A stretch of DNA of 64,000 nucleotides from Phycisphaerales bacterium (GCA_965227775.1 OZ245777.1:768001-832000); one strand, 5' to 3'. Numbered from the stretch's first letter, positions 6,762-17,001 are shown. The notes: a model not told the origin generated them from the letters alone. Made by a program: numbers and translations.

Positions 6762-7382
6762 ATGTCGACCGTACAGACGCATAGCCACATCAGCGATCAG
6801 TCCGACGCCCTGCAGGCCCACCAGCACGACAGCCGCCAGCGATACATGAACGGCATCGATCTTGAGCAACTCAAGGACGCGGTCTCGGCCATCCAGGCAG
6901 AACCGGCCCAGGGCATGACACGCTGGAACGTTCGCAGCCAGTGGATGGGTGGCACCCGCAGCGACCACCACGTCGAAGGCTTCGAGATCGGCGGGCAGCA
7001 CGTGGCCCGACCGTTCACCATCCACATCGATGAGCCGCACGAGCTCACGGGCTCGAACGAGTATCCCAACCCGCAAGAGCACCTGTTGGCAGCGATGAAC
7101 GCTTGCATGATGGTCGGCTATGCGGCCGTCGCGGGCCTCATGGGCATCTCGCTGCACAAGCTTGAAGTCGTGACCGAGGGCGAGATCGACCTGCGCGGCT
7201 TTCTCGGCCTCGATGAAGACGTTCCCAACGGCTATCCGAAGCTTGTCCAGACGGTGCACATCGCCGGAGATGGCACGCCCGAGCAGTTCGCAGAGCTGCA
7301 CGCGACGGTGAAGGCCACCAGCCCGAACTTCTACAACATCACCCGTGCGATCGAGGCCGAATCCCGGCTTGTCGTCGAGTGA
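6762..7382 (+). CDS. OsmC family protein
   Basis: DEPHELTGSNEYPNPQEHLLAAMNAC and EGEIDLRGFLGL motifs; SD AGGAGG. Confidence 0.88.
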   Translation: MSTVQTHSHISDQSDALQAHQHDSRQRYMNGIDLEQLKDAVSAIQAEPAQGMTRWNVRSQWMGGTRSDHHVEGFEIGGQHVARPFTIHIDEPHELTGSNEYPNPQEHLLAAMNACMMVGYAAVAGLMGISLHKLEVVTEGEIDLRGFLGLDEDVPNGYPKLVQTVHIAGDGTPEQFAELHATVKATSPNFYNITRAIEAESRLVVE

Positions 7383-7440
7383 AGGACGCGTGCCGGACCT
7401 CCCCACTTCCGCGAGAACGATCGCTCGGAAGCCGAATGGC

Positions 7441-7471
7441 AAGAAAGCCCCTCGTGTCGAGCGGGGGGCTT
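7441..7471 (-). terminator. Terminator hairpin between convergent osmC-like and infA genes
   Basis: AAGCCCCTCG-N7-CGGGGGGCTT; TTTCTT tail on the minus strand. Confidence 0.6.
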
Positions 7472-7499
7472 ACTGCGTATTCAGATTGCGATGAAGTGC

Positions 7500-7727
7500 T
7501 CAGCGCCCGCGGAACGTGATGCGACCCTTGGTCAGGTCGTATGGCGACATCTCGACGGTCACGGTGTCACCCGGGGTGATACGGATGTAGTGCTTGCGCA
7601 TCTTGCCCGAGACGTAGGCGAGGATCTCGGTCTGCTGCTCGTTGGGCAGGCGCACCTTGAACATGGCGTTGGGAAGCGCCTCAACGACGATCGCTTCCAT
7701 CGTGAATTTATCGTCCTGCTTGGCCAT
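7500..7727 (-). CDS. infA: Translation initiation factor IF-1
   Basis: [52 protein letters not shown]. Confidence 0.98.
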   Translation of the reverse strand: MAKQDDKFTMEAIVVEALPNAMFKVRLPNEQQTEILAYVSGKMRKHYIRITPGDTVTVEMSPYDLTKGRITFRGR

Positions 7728-7883
7728 GCGTGCGAGCAATCCTCCTGCGGGGCTGTCTCCTGCCCTCGAATCGAAACATGTTTCCCGGGTCAACTCGCCC
7801 AGAGAGCCACCACTGTAGCCCGCGAGCCGAGACAAACCCGTGCGAAAGGGCACCCCTACGGAACAAGAACAAAGCCGCCCCGG

Positions 7884-8885
7884 CTATTCCGCAGCGGCGC
7901 TGGCCGGGCCCGGCTTGGCCTCGGGCCTGCTACGGACCTGCCGAGCGATACGGGCCGCCGGCGTGCGGCTCACGGCCTTGCGCCACACCATCGGCGCCGC
8001 CAGCCACGCCGCCGCGAGCGGGCCGAGCGTGTTCGAGCCGCAATCCCGCTGGTAGCCCAGGCGGTCCATGTGCTCGCCGCAGGTGTGCTCGATCGCCGAG
8101 ATGGCCCGCCGCGAGAGTTTGCCGCGGAATCGCCCGACTCGTTTACTCGTGACCGGCTCGAGCGTGCGGTGCTTGTGGGGCTCGTGGTCCGTAAAGCCGC
8201 GATGCTTCCTCTCGTGGGGTTTGAGCATCGGCTCCGAAAACTCGACGCCCAGTACCTCGCAGATGCGGCGTAGCTGGGGCTCCGGATCGGTCACCAGGTC
8301 CTCGTATCGAACGGTCGCAAATCGTGACGGATGGACGAGCGCTTCGAAGTCTGCCTGGCGCTGCTGGTCGATCCGCCAGCGCACCGCCACCGACATCGCC
8401 GGCCCGTTCCAGGCCTCGCGCTGGCTCATCGCCACATCGCGTGGATCTCGCACGATGTGCACGACGGACGAGTTCGGCATCATGGCGAGCAGTTCGAGCA
8501 CGAAGCCCGTGTGCGTGGGGCTCTTCTCACCAATGACCGTCGGCGCGCGCCCGTCCGGCCCGGCTGCGGCCTCGGCGGCCATACGCAGCCACGCACTCAT
8601 GAGCGTCGCGTAGTGCCGCGGGGCGCTCTCGGTCAGCGCCTCGAACCGGTCGGGAACGAAGGCGATGCCCGCGGTCGCGCACCGCTTCTCGATCGCCTTC
8701 TTCGCCGCCTGCCAGCCGCGATCGGTTTGGAGCGATCCCATCTGCCGGCGGTGCTGCCACAGCAGGCTCATGAAGTGCGTCTCTTCGGGAATGAACACGC
8801 CCTGGGCGCGCGAGACCATCGACTGGAGCAGCGTGGTGCCCGAGCGCCCGGTGCCGGTGATGAAGAAGTAGCGCGACGCGTCCAT
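7884..8885 (-). CDS. Sulfotransferase
   Basis: GTGRSGTTLL PAPS loop; EKSP, RDPRDVAMS and RYEDLV motifs. Confidence 0.92.
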   Translation of the reverse strand: MDASRYFFITGTGRSGTTLLQSMVSRAQGVFIPEETHFMSLLWQHRRQMGSLQTDRGWQAAKKAIEKRCATAGIAFVPDRFEALTESAPRHYATLMSAWLRMAAEAAAGPDGRAPTVIGEKSPTHTGFVLELLAMMPNSSVVHIVRDPRDVAMSQREAWNGPAMSVAVRWRIDQQRQADFEALVHPSRFATVRYEDLVTDPEPQLRRICEVLGVEFSEPMLKPHERKHRGFTDHEPHKHRTLEPVTSKRVGRFRGKLSRRAISAIEHTCGEHMDRLGYQRDCGSNTLGPLAAAWLAAPMVWRKAVSRTPAARIARQVRSRPEAKPGPASAAAE

Positions 8886-8897
8886 GCTCCACTCTAA

Positions 8898-10520
8898 TCA
8901 GACGCGTTCGCCCGTGGGACGCAGGCCCAGAGCCGGGCCAGCGATGCGGCCCAGCTTCGCAGGTGCGACCGATAACATGTCTCGAAGCGTGCCAACGAGC
9001 GTCAGCCGAACGATGATCGTTGCCAGCACCACGTACGCACTCCCCGCGGTCAGCATGCGAGCCAGCGACTGCAGCGTCGACTGCTCGACGGCAAGCCCGG
9101 CTTCGGACGCACTTCCCACGGCGCGATGGTGAAGCCAGATGTCTACGGCCATCACCGCGATCGCGCACGCCGCGAGCGTGGCCCAAGGCCGCAGCACCGT
9201 GACGAGGAAACGCACCGCCGGCACGCCCGCCGACCGCAGGCTCCACGCGGCGACGCCCGTGACACCCAGCACGAAGTAGAGGCCAACGCCCGCGGCGATC
9301 AGCCCGGGCTGCTCGGGGAAGAGCAACCCGCCGACGAGCGCGATGCCCGCCATACCGATGCCTTGCAACAGCAGCGCGACGAACTGCGTGCGGAAGCGGC
9401 CCGTGCTCGAGAGCGCCGACTCCTGCACCGACACCAGCAGGCGGAGCGCAAAGCACAGCGACAGCGCCTGCACGGCGGGCACCGCCTCGTCCCACTTGCC
9501 CTGCCAGACGATCTGCTGGAGCGGATCGATGATGACCGCGATGCCGCCGGCGATGCCCGAGGCGATGAGTGTCAGGGCACCACTCACGCGCAACACCGAC
9601 GCCACGTGCCGCTTCACGTCGTGCTGGAAGGCGCTCATGGTGGGCATGAGCACCTGTTGCAGGTTGCTCCCGAGCATCGACAGCACCTGATCGCCCAGCA
9701 TGTACGCGAAGACGTACACGCCCATCACGCTCTCGCTGAGCAGGAAGCCCAGGACGAGGTAGTCGCCCTGCCGCAACAACGCCAGCGCGACCGCCCCGAG
9801 CAGCAGCCACTTCGTGCGCGCCCAGATCGCAGGCCACAACCGAGTCTTGGGCTCGAAACGGATGAGCGTGTCCTTCGTGGCGATGAGGCCGAACAGCCAC
9901 TCGTAGGCGGCCATGATCAAGAGCGACCACGTGAACGTGAGCGGCCCCGCGCCGCTCAGGGCAAGCACGATCATCGCGAGGTAGCGAACGATCGAGCTGC
10001 TGGCGTTCATCGCGGCGACCGCCTTGTAGCGATACTGCATCGACAGCTTCGCGCGATAGATGATGCTGGGGCCGTAGATGCTGGCGGTGATGCCCAGCGA
10101 GACCATGACCATGACGTACTCGTCGTTGTCGTGGATGTGCGCGAGCACCGGGCCAAGGCCACACAGGATGATCGCGGCCAGCACGTTGAGCATGAGCGTC
10201 CACGCGTAGATCGGGCCGACGAGCCCATCGAATCGGTGGATGCCCTTCTGGACAAGCACGCGACGGACCCCGCCATCGCGCAGCACGTTGACCAGGGCCG
10301 CAACGCCGATGGCCGTGCCGAAGATGCCGAAGTCGTCCTTCCCGAGCCAGATGCCCAGGATGACGATGTTGGCCAGGCTCGCGACCTTGACGATCACCGT
10401 CGCGACCAGCAGCCAGCTCAGCCCGCCGCCCACGCGCCGGCCCATGGCCTGGGCCTTCTTTCTCGGACCCGAGTCGGGCCCGCTGGTCTCTGGCTCTGGG
10501 GGCGGTGAGGGCTCGGACAT
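8898..10520 (-). CDS. Oligosaccharide flippase (Wzx/PST family)
   Basis: Multi-TM protein with DDFGIFG, DYLVLG..MGVYVFAY and VWQGKWDEAVP motifs. Confidence 0.85.
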   Translation of the reverse strand: MSEPSPPPEPETSGPDSGPRKKAQAMGRRVGGGLSWLLVATVIVKVASLANIVILGIWLGKDDFGIFGTAIGVAALVNVLRDGGVRRVLVQKGIHRFDGLVGPIYAWTLMLNVLAAIILCGLGPVLAHIHDNDEYVMVMVSLGITASIYGPSIIYRAKLSMQYRYKAVAAMNASSSIVRYLAMIVLALSGAGPLTFTWSLLIMAAYEWLFGLIATKDTLIRFEPKTRLWPAIWARTKWLLLGAVALALLRQGDYLVLGFLLSESVMGVYVFAYMLGDQVLSMLGSNLQQVLMPTMSAFQHDVKRHVASVLRVSGALTLIASGIAGGIAVIIDPLQQIVWQGKWDEAVPAVQALSLCFALRLLVSVQESALSSTGRFRTQFVALLLQGIGMAGIALVGGLLFPEQPGLIAAGVGLYFVLGVTGVAAWSLRSAGVPAVRFLVTVLRPWATLAACAIAVMAVDIWLHHRAVGSASEAGLAVEQSTLQSLARMLTAGSAYVVLATIIVRLTLVGTLRDMLSVAPAKLGRIAGPALGLRPTGERV

Positions 10521-10719
10521 CGTGGGGCAATAGGCCTCGGGCGGTCGCCGGGTTCGCGCGGGCCTTCGGCGGGCCTCGCAAGTCTCGGGCCGAGCGGGGC
10601 CCAGCCTACCATCGGCCCCGCGGCACGGATGGCACGAGCCGAAACCGACCCGGCCCAGGGAGCAGGCCCGGGCCGATTGCCACCGTATCGACGCGTCAGC
10701 GAAGGATGGAAACCAGACA

Positions 10720-11280
10720 ATGAAGGCCAACGAGATCCGCCAAGGCAACGCCCTCCAGATCGATGGCAAGGTCTACATCGCCGTCAAGGTCGAGCACACC
10801 AAGCCCGGCAAGGGCCCGGCCTACTACCAGGTGAAGCTCAAGGACGTCGCCACCGGGCTGCACATCGACAAGCGCTACACGGGCGGCGATGCCGTCGAGA
10901 GCGCCCCGATCGACCGACGCGACATGGAGTACCTCTTCAGCGACCAGACCGGCGCGACCTTCATGGACAGCGAGACCTTCGACCAAGTTATCATCGCCCC
11001 CGAGGTGCTGGGCGATGCACTCATGTACCTGGCGCCCAACACCACCTGTACCGTGCTGGTCTACGAAGAAAACCCGCTGAGCCTGGAGCTGCCCGCCAGC
11101 GTCGAGCTCGAGGTCACCGACACCACGCCGGGCATCAAGGGCGCGACCGCGACCAACCAGCTGAAGGAAGCCGAGTGCGAGACCGGGCTCAAGACCCGCG
11201 TGCCGCCCTTCATCACGATCGGCGAGAAGATCAAGGTGGCCACCGAAGACGGCCGCTACCTCGCCCGCGCCAAGGAATAG
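10720..11280 (+). CDS. efp: Elongation factor P
   Basis: KPGKG motif, FMDSETFDQ, TPGIKGAT, VPPFI. Confidence 0.97.
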   Translation: MKANEIRQGNALQIDGKVYIAVKVEHTKPGKGPAYYQVKLKDVATGLHIDKRYTGGDAVESAPIDRRDMEYLFSDQTGATFMDSETFDQVIIAPEVLGDALMYLAPNTTCTVLVYEENPLSLELPASVELEVTDTTPGIKGATATNQLKEAECETGLKTRVPPFITIGEKIKVATEDGRYLARAKE

Positions 11281-11284
11281 GCCG

Positions 11285-11854
11285 GTGGCCGCGTTCGCGG
11301 GCCGCCATCTCGTCATCATCGGCCTGCGCGCGAGCGGCAAGACCTCGGCCGGCCAGTTGGCCGCCGAGCGGCTTGGCGTGCAATTCTGCGATCTCGACGA
11401 CGTGACTACCCAGAACGTGGGCGGCCGCGCGTTCCCGACCGTCAGCGAGGCGTGGGCCGAAGCGGGCGAGGTCGCGTTCCGCGCCGCTGAAGCGGTGGCG
11501 CTTGCGAACACGCTCGTAGCGCGCAAGGACGGCCTTCTCGCGCTCGGTGGTGGCACCGCCGCGTTCGCCGATGCCCGCCGCGTGCTCACCGAAGCAATGG
11601 ACGCCGGCGTCGTGCTCGGCCCGGTCTATCTGCACGCGGCCCCTGACGCCTTGGCCGATCGCCTCCGCCGGGACGTGGGCGACCGGCCTTCCATCACCGG
11701 CGAGCACCCGGCCGACGAGATCGCCGGCCTGTACGACAAGCGGGACGGCATCTATCGCGCCCTCGCGGAGGAACTCGTCGAGGTCGAGCACCTGACGAGC
11801 GATCAGACCGCCGACCGACTCGTGGAGCTCTGGCACCAGCTTGCGGGCCATTGA
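11285..11854 (+). CDS. aroK: Shikimate kinase
   Basis: GLRASGKT P-loop; DLD, GEVAFRAAE, LALGGG and RDGIY motifs. Confidence 0.9.
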   Translation: MAAFAGRHLVIIGLRASGKTSAGQLAAERLGVQFCDLDDVTTQNVGGRAFPTVSEAWAEAGEVAFRAAEAVALANTLVARKDGLLALGGGTAAFADARRVLTEAMDAGVVLGPVYLHAAPDALADRLRRDVGDRPSITGEHPADEIAGLYDKRDGIYRALAEELVEVEHLTSDQTADRLVELWHQLAGH

Positions 11855-11881
11855 CCGAGACGCTTTGTTTATGTATTGTTT
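11851..11881 (+). promoter_or_regulatory. Sigma70-like promoter of the radical SAM gene (leaderless), overlapped by a GTTT-N7-GTTT direct repeat
   Basis: TTGACC-N17-TATTGT, then 5 nt to ATG 11885. Confidence 0.55.
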
Positions 11882-11884
11882 GGT

Positions 11885-13012
11885 ATGCAGGACTTCGAGC
11901 CCTCGTACCGCGACGCTCTGCTCAAGGGCCCGGCCCACCGCCGCGGCGCGGGGCTGAACCCCGGCAACCGTTTCGAGGACGTCCGCCTGCACGTGCTGGG
12001 TGAGGAACTCGACCGCCAGATGGTCGAGCGCGAGTCCGAAGGCGATGGCAAGCCCGTGCAGGTCGAGCGGCGGGTGTACGAGGACCGCACCAAGACCATC
12101 ATCAACCGCGTCGTGCCGACGAGCGACGTGCCCTTCCAATGGACGCTCAACCCCTATCGCGGCTGCGAGCACGGCTGCATCTACTGCTTTGCGCGCCCGT
12201 ACCACGAGTTCCTGGGCTTCAGCTGCGGACTCGACTTCGAGACCAAGCTCATCGCAAAGCCCGACGCCCCCGTGCTGCTGGCAAAGGAACTCTCCAAGAG
12301 AAACTGGAAGGGCGAGCCCATCGTCATGTCGGCCATCACTGACGTCTACCAGCCCATCGAGCACAAGCTCCGCCTCGCGCGCCAGTGCCTGGAAGTGCTC
12401 GCCGAGTGCAACCAGCCCGTAAGCACGATGACCAAGAGCGCGATGGTGCTGCGCGATGCCGGCCTGTGGCAGCGGCTTGCCGCCCACAACGCGGGGCGCG
12501 TCACTGTCACGTTGGTCACGCTCGATGCCCATCTCGCGCGCACGCTCGAACCGCGCGCGACCGACCCGGCCGGACGGCTGCGCACCATCCGCGAACTCAC
12601 CGAAGCGGGCATCCCGGTTTCGGTCAACATCGCGCCGATCATTCCTGGACTGACCGACACCGAGGTTCCCCAGTTGCTCGAGGCCGCGGCGGACGCGGGC
12701 GCGCGGCGCGTGTCCTGGGTGCTGCTCCGGCTGCCGTACCAGCTCAAGGACCTGTTCCTCGACTGGATGCGGCGCAACGTGCACCCAGACCGGACCCGCA
12801 AGATCGAGTCGTTGATCCGTCAAAGCCGCGGGGGCAAGCTCTACGAAGCCGGCAAGAACCGCGGTCGCGGCGACGGCCCGATCGCGAAGCAGATCGCCCA
12901 GACGTTTGATGTGTTCACGCGGCGGTACGGGCTGAATCGTGACATCCGCCCGCTATCCAGCGCCCACTTCGTCAAGCCCGATACGAGCGGGCAGATGGGG
13001 TTATTCGCTTAG
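11885..13012 (+). CDS. PA0069-family radical SAM protein (spore photoproduct lyase-like)
   Basis: NPYRGCEHGCIYCFAR (CxxxCxxC), DFETK, TDVYQPIE, LEPRA; C-terminal QMGLF. Confidence 0.93.
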   Translation: MQDFEPSYRDALLKGPAHRRGAGLNPGNRFEDVRLHVLGEELDRQMVERESEGDGKPVQVERRVYEDRTKTIINRVVPTSDVPFQWTLNPYRGCEHGCIYCFARPYHEFLGFSCGLDFETKLIAKPDAPVLLAKELSKRNWKGEPIVMSAITDVYQPIEHKLRLARQCLEVLAECNQPVSTMTKSAMVLRDAGLWQRLAAHNAGRVTVTLVTLDAHLARTLEPRATDPAGRLRTIRELTEAGIPVSVNIAPIIPGLTDTEVPQLLEAAADAGARRVSWVLLRLPYQLKDLFLDWMRRNVHPDRTRKIESLIRQSRGGKLYEAGKNRGRGDGPIAKQIAQTFDVFTRRYGLNRDIRPLSSAHFVKPDTSGQMGLFA

Positions 13013-13347
13013 CGGCGCTCGTGCTCGAGCCACTGGCAGTCGGACACGATGCACACGCCGCCGTACTTGCGCAGCGAATCGCGGGCAGCCTCGATGACCT
13101 GCGGCGCGCGATCGAGTGACACCGCCAGCAACACGCACGAGTTTGTCGAGACCCCGCTGACGTCGTCGGCCCGCTGATCGCCACGATCGCCGAAGCCCGA
13201 GGCGTTGGGCATGACGGTGTAGCCCGTCGCCCCAGCCTGCCGCAACTTGGTAAGCAAGCGATTGAGGTGCAAGGTGTCGACGACGATCTCCAGCCGCTTC
13301 ATGGGCCGCATGCCCGCGTCGTGTTGCTTGTTCTGCTCGCCGGCCAT
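13009..13347 (-). CDS. sbtB: PII-like regulator SbtB
   Basis: MKRLEIVV..GATGYTV..SGFGDRG..YGGVCIVSD; start overlaps the sbtA stop (TGATG). Confidence 0.8.
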   Translation of the reverse strand: MAGEQNKQHDAGMRPMKRLEIVVDTLHLNRLLTKLRQAGATGYTVMPNASGFGDRGDQRADDVSGVSTNSCVLLAVSLDRAPQVIEAARDSLRKYGGVCIVSDCQWLEHERR

Positions 13348-14327
13348 CACGCCCACCACCAGTGGATGATCGAGGCATACAGCGGGATGCCCACGATGAT
13401 GTTGAAAGGAAACGTCAGGCCCAGGCTCATGGGCACGTACAGGCTCGGGTTAGCGTCGGGCAGCGCGAGCCGCAACGCGGCCGGCGCAGCGATGTAGCTG
13501 GCACTGCCAAAGAGCACGGCCAGAAGCAGCGCATCACCCCGCTCGAGCCCAAGAGCCCACGCCGCGACGATTCCCAGCGACGCCTGCATCGGCGGCGCGA
13601 TGAGCGCGAAGGCGACAAGGAACATGCCCGAGCGCCGCAGATCACCAAGCCGCCGCGCCGCCACGAGCCCCATGTCAAGCAGGAACAGGCACAGCACGGC
13701 CTGGAACGGGTCCTTCACGAGCGGCTTCATGGTCGCCCAGCCCGAATCGCCGCACAGGTAGCCGATGACCAGGCTGCCCAGCAGGAGCACGATGGCGCTG
13801 TTGGCCAGAGCTTCGTGCGCCATAGCGCGCCACTCGGGCCGCTGGCTGTCATCGCCCTCCATCTTCGAACGCATGATCGTGGCGAGCACGATGCCGGTCA
13901 CGATCGCCGGCGACTCCATGAGCGCCATCGCGGCGATGAGGTGGCCGCTGTACTCGGTCTGGCCGCGCTCGAGGAAGCTGATGGCCGTGATGAACGTCAC
14001 GGCGCTCACCGACCCATAGCAGGCAGCGATACCCGCCGCGTCCTCTCCCTTCAGCTTCGTGCGCAACACGAAGAACGCGAGAATGGGCAACACCGCGCTC
14101 GAGAGCGCGGCCACGCCGAGCGTGCCGACGACGCCCAAGTCCAGCCCGCTGCGATGGAGTTCGTACCCGCCGTGGAAGCCGATGGACACCAGCAGGTAGA
14201 TCGACAGCCCCTTGCCAACCGCCGGCGGCACGCTCAGGTCCGAGCGAATCAGCGTGGCGAGCATGCCCAGCGCAAAGAACAAGATGGGTGGAGAAAGCAG
14301 GTTCTGCGTGAGCGCCGATGGGTCCAC
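13347..14327 (-). CDS. sbtA: Sodium-dependent bicarbonate transport family permease
   Basis: PPILFFALG, YGSVSAVTF, MESPAIV, SASYIAAPAA and LTFPFNIIVGIPLY motifs. Confidence 0.92.
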   Translation of the reverse strand: MDPSALTQNLLSPPILFFALGMLATLIRSDLSVPPAVGKGLSIYLLVSIGFHGGYELHRSGLDLGVVGTLGVAALSSAVLPILAFFVLRTKLKGEDAAGIAACYGSVSAVTFITAISFLERGQTEYSGHLIAAMALMESPAIVTGIVLATIMRSKMEGDDSQRPEWRAMAHEALANSAIVLLLGSLVIGYLCGDSGWATMKPLVKDPFQAVLCLFLLDMGLVAARRLGDLRRSGMFLVAFALIAPPMQASLGIVAAWALGLERGDALLLAVLFGSASYIAAPAALRLALPDANPSLYVPMSLGLTFPFNIIVGIPLYASIIHWWWA

Positions 14328-14402
14328 GGCTGTTCCTGGGGCCGGCCCGCGTCGCGAGCCGGGCGAGAGCGATCGATCAGATCCCCGGCAGGGTCAAGAA
14401 AA

Positions 14403-14474
14403 AGCGGGCGACGCGACTCGAACGCGCAACATTCAGCTTGGAAGGCTGACGCTCTACCATTGAGCTACGCCCGC
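14403..14474 (-). tRNA. tRNA-Gly(TCC)
   Basis: Canonical cloverleaf GCGGGCG..TCAGC-CTTCCAA-GCTGA..GCGCG-TTCGAGT-CGCGT-CGCCCGC-T; CCA not encoded. Confidence 0.96.
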
Positions 14475-14588
14475 AAGGCACGATTCGCCGCCTGACTCGA
14501 GGCAACCGTGTCTGTTTCCGCCAAGGCCAGACGCACGCGCCCGACCGGTGACAAGTGTAGTCGCTTTCCTACGTTGCGGAATGACAGA

Positions 14589-15428
14589 CTAATCCGGCAC
14601 GACCTGCCGGAGAAGCAAGCTGTACAACCGCTCGCGCCGGGCCTCGTCGAGTTCGCGGTAGATTCGCAGCATGGTCTCGCGGCGCTGCTCGGGCGTTGCT
14701 GCCAGCCGCGTGGTCTCGATGTGCTCGAGCACGACGTCTCGGATGGCCTCGCGCTGGGCCTCGGTCGGTTCGACGCCGGTGTTGATGCTCTCGAGCAACT
14801 CGCGATAGCGGCGCAGCGAGAGGTCGTAGCCCTCGCGCAGCTCCTGCTGGAACACCTCGAATGCCAGCCGATCGCGCGCCGCGGCAATCACGTGCTCGCC
14901 GCGATCTTCCATCATGCCATCGGCACGCTCGCGGAGCAGCGCCGACCAGTACTCCTCGTTGATCCGCCGCAGCTCGGCCGCGTGCGCCTCCCCCACCGCC
15001 CCGGCCAGGTCTTCCAGCAGCGGCGCATGACGCGAGCCAGTCTCGAATCGCAACCACATCGCGCGCATCGAGTCGCGCGCGGCATCGGCCTCGCCCGCGG
15101 CAATCAGGTCTGTCACCTCGCGCACCGTGTCGAGCTCGTCGACCAGCAGCATGCGGATCGACTCGCCCCGCGCCACATTGATCTCACGCACACGCTCGGC
15201 AACCTCGGTGGAGAGGCTGCGCGTCGCGATGAGCACCTGCGCGGCGGCGATCTCGGGCCTGCCGGCGATGGGTTGCAGGCGACCGTCCATGCCGTAGCGA
15301 ACGATCGTCGCTTGGGCATCGACCGCCGGCCCCGACAGCAAGCCCGGCTCATCGTCCTGAGCGAACGCCGCGGGCCCCATCGCAAGCACGCAACAACCAA
15401 CCAACACCGAGCATGACCGTCCGAGCAT
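14589..15428 (-). CDS. Hypothetical exported, charged alpha-helical protein
   Basis: Signal-peptide-like N-terminus (AAFA-Q); coding-like composition; fits between neighbours. Confidence 0.7.
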   Translation of the reverse strand: MLGRSCSVLVGCCVLAMGPAAFAQDDEPGLLSGPAVDAQATIVRYGMDGRLQPIAGRPEIAAAQVLIATRSLSTEVAERVREINVARGESIRMLLVDELDTVREVTDLIAAGEADAARDSMRAMWLRFETGSRHAPLLEDLAGAVGEAHAAELRRINEEYWSALLRERADGMMEDRGEHVIAAARDRLAFEVFQQELREGYDLSLRRYRELLESINTGVEPTEAQREAIRDVVLEHIETTRLAATPEQRRETMLRIYRELDEARRERLYSLLLRQVVPD

Positions 15429-15498
15429 GGCGCACCTCCACAGGAGTGTGTACGCACACGCCGCTACCAGCGTTTGCCAGACAGCTATCCAGGCCCGC

Positions 15499-17001
15499 TT
15501 ACTGACCCTGCGCCAGCGAGTAGCCCGGCTTGCCGTCGTAGTACTTCAGCGGCTGGAAGTCGGTGACCTCGAACTTCTCGGCGATGCGATCGAGCAGCTG
15601 GATGATCGGCCCCTGGCCCAGGCTGGGCGCGCGGTCCAGGTCTCGCAGCTCGAAGCGGACGCGGTAGTAGTCCACGATCTCGGTGTACACGCTGCCACTG
15701 GGCCACACCTGCGTGCCGCGGTTGCTCATCATCTTGAGCTCGAAGGGCGTGGGTCCACAGATCGATTGCAGGCGATCGGCCAACTCGCTCGGGCTCAGCA
15801 GCGTGTCGAGATAGATGTCGCAGCCCACGTACACGCTCTTGAGCGTCTCGAACGTGCGCATCAGCGTGTTGTGGCGCGGTCGCTCAGGCCGGCTGACGCT
15901 GATGCTCTCGCTCACGCCACTAGTCTCAAGAGCAGCACGGGTCTCGGGCGCCTTGCCGAGGTTGTTGCGGATGGCGTCGCCGAAGTCGGTCGTACCGACG
16001 GCGGGCTTGCCGGTGCCCTCGCCGAAGTCGCCCGTGTGCACGCCCTGCTCGAGCGTGTGGATCAGCGCGTTCTCGATGAGGTTGGCGTGCTTCATCAGGC
16101 CGATGTGCCGCAGCATCATCAGGCCGCTGAGCAGCAGGCTCGTTGGGTTGGCCAGGTTCTTGCCGGCGATGTCCGGCGCCGTGCCGTGCACGGCCTCGAA
16201 GATGCTGACGTGATGCCCGATGTTGGCGCTGGGCGCGAAGCCAAGGCCGCCAACGAGGCCGGCTGCCAGATCGCTCACGATGTCGCCCTGCAGGTTGGGC
16301 AGCACGACCATCTTGAAGTTCTGCGGCTTGAGCACCAGGTTCATGCACAGCGCGTCGATGATGACATCGCCGGTCTCGATGTCCGGGTAATCGCCGCCGA
16401 TCTTGTAGAAGCGCTCCAGGAACAGGCCGTCGCTCATCTTCATGATGTTGGCTTTGTGCCCGCAGTGCACGTTCGAGATACCGAGCCGCTTGGCGGTCTC
16501 GAAGGCCTCGCGGTGCACCTGGTCGCAGCCGGGCGCCGAGATCAGGCGCTTGCACTCGACCACGTCGTTGGTCAGCCGGTGCTCGATGCCGCCGTAGGTG
16601 TCCTCGATGTTCTCACGCACGACGTAGAAGTCAACGGGGATGTTGGCCTTGCTGTAGACCGTCTCCACGCCCGGCAGGCTCTGGAAGTGCCGGACGTTCG
16701 CGAACGCGCCGTACATCTTACGAAGGGTCACGTTGATGCTCTTGCCACCGCCGCCGACGGGCGTGCCCATCGGCCCCTTGTAGACGATCCCCGTTTCTTC
16801 AACCGTGCGGATCGACTCGTCGCTGATGCCCATCGAGTTGCCGGTCCGGAAGACCTTCTCGCCCATCTCCGTGGGCACGAACTCGACGTGGTCCTGCACG
16901 CCCGCGGCCTCGAAGATGCTCAGGCACGCGGCCATGATCTCCGGCCCAATGCCATCACCTTCGGCAAGCGCAACTTTCAGCTTCTGCGACGATTCGGACA
17001 T
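15499..17001 (-). CDS. icd: Isocitrate dehydrogenase (long form with C-terminal extension)
   Basis: GDGIGPEI, KSINVTLRK, RENIEDTY, KANIMK, NLQGDIVSD, FEAVHGTAPDIAG; C-terminal MMSNRGTQVWP domain. Confidence 0.92.
   Translation of the reverse strand: MSESSQKLKVALAEGDGIGPEIMAACLSIFEAAGVQDHVEFVPTEMGEKVFRTGNSMGISDESIRTVEETGIVYKGPMGTPVGGGGKSINVTLRKMYGAFANVRHFQSLPGVETVYSKANIPVDFYVVRENIEDTYGGIEHRLTNDVVECKRLISAPGCDQVHREAFETAKRLGISNVHCGHKANIMKMSDGLFLERFYKIGGDYPDIETGDVIIDALCMNLVLKPQNFKMVVLPNLQGDIVSDLAAGLVGGLGFAPSANIGHHVSIFEAVHGTAPDIAGKNLANPTSLLLSGLMMLRHIGLMKHANLIENALIHTLEQGVHTGDFGEGTGKPAVGTTDFGDAIRNNLGKAPETRAALETSGVSESISVSRPERPRHNTLMRTFETLKSVYVGCDIYLDTLLSPSELADRLQSICGPTPFELKMMSNRGTQVWPSGSVYTEIVDYYRVRFELRDLDRAPSLGQGPIIQLLDRIAEKFEVTDFQPLKYYDGKPGYSLAQGQ

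Noticed and set aside
14330..14474. tRNA-Gly as an integration site of a mobile element
   Set aside because: No integrase and no duplicated tRNA 3' end was noticed in the window
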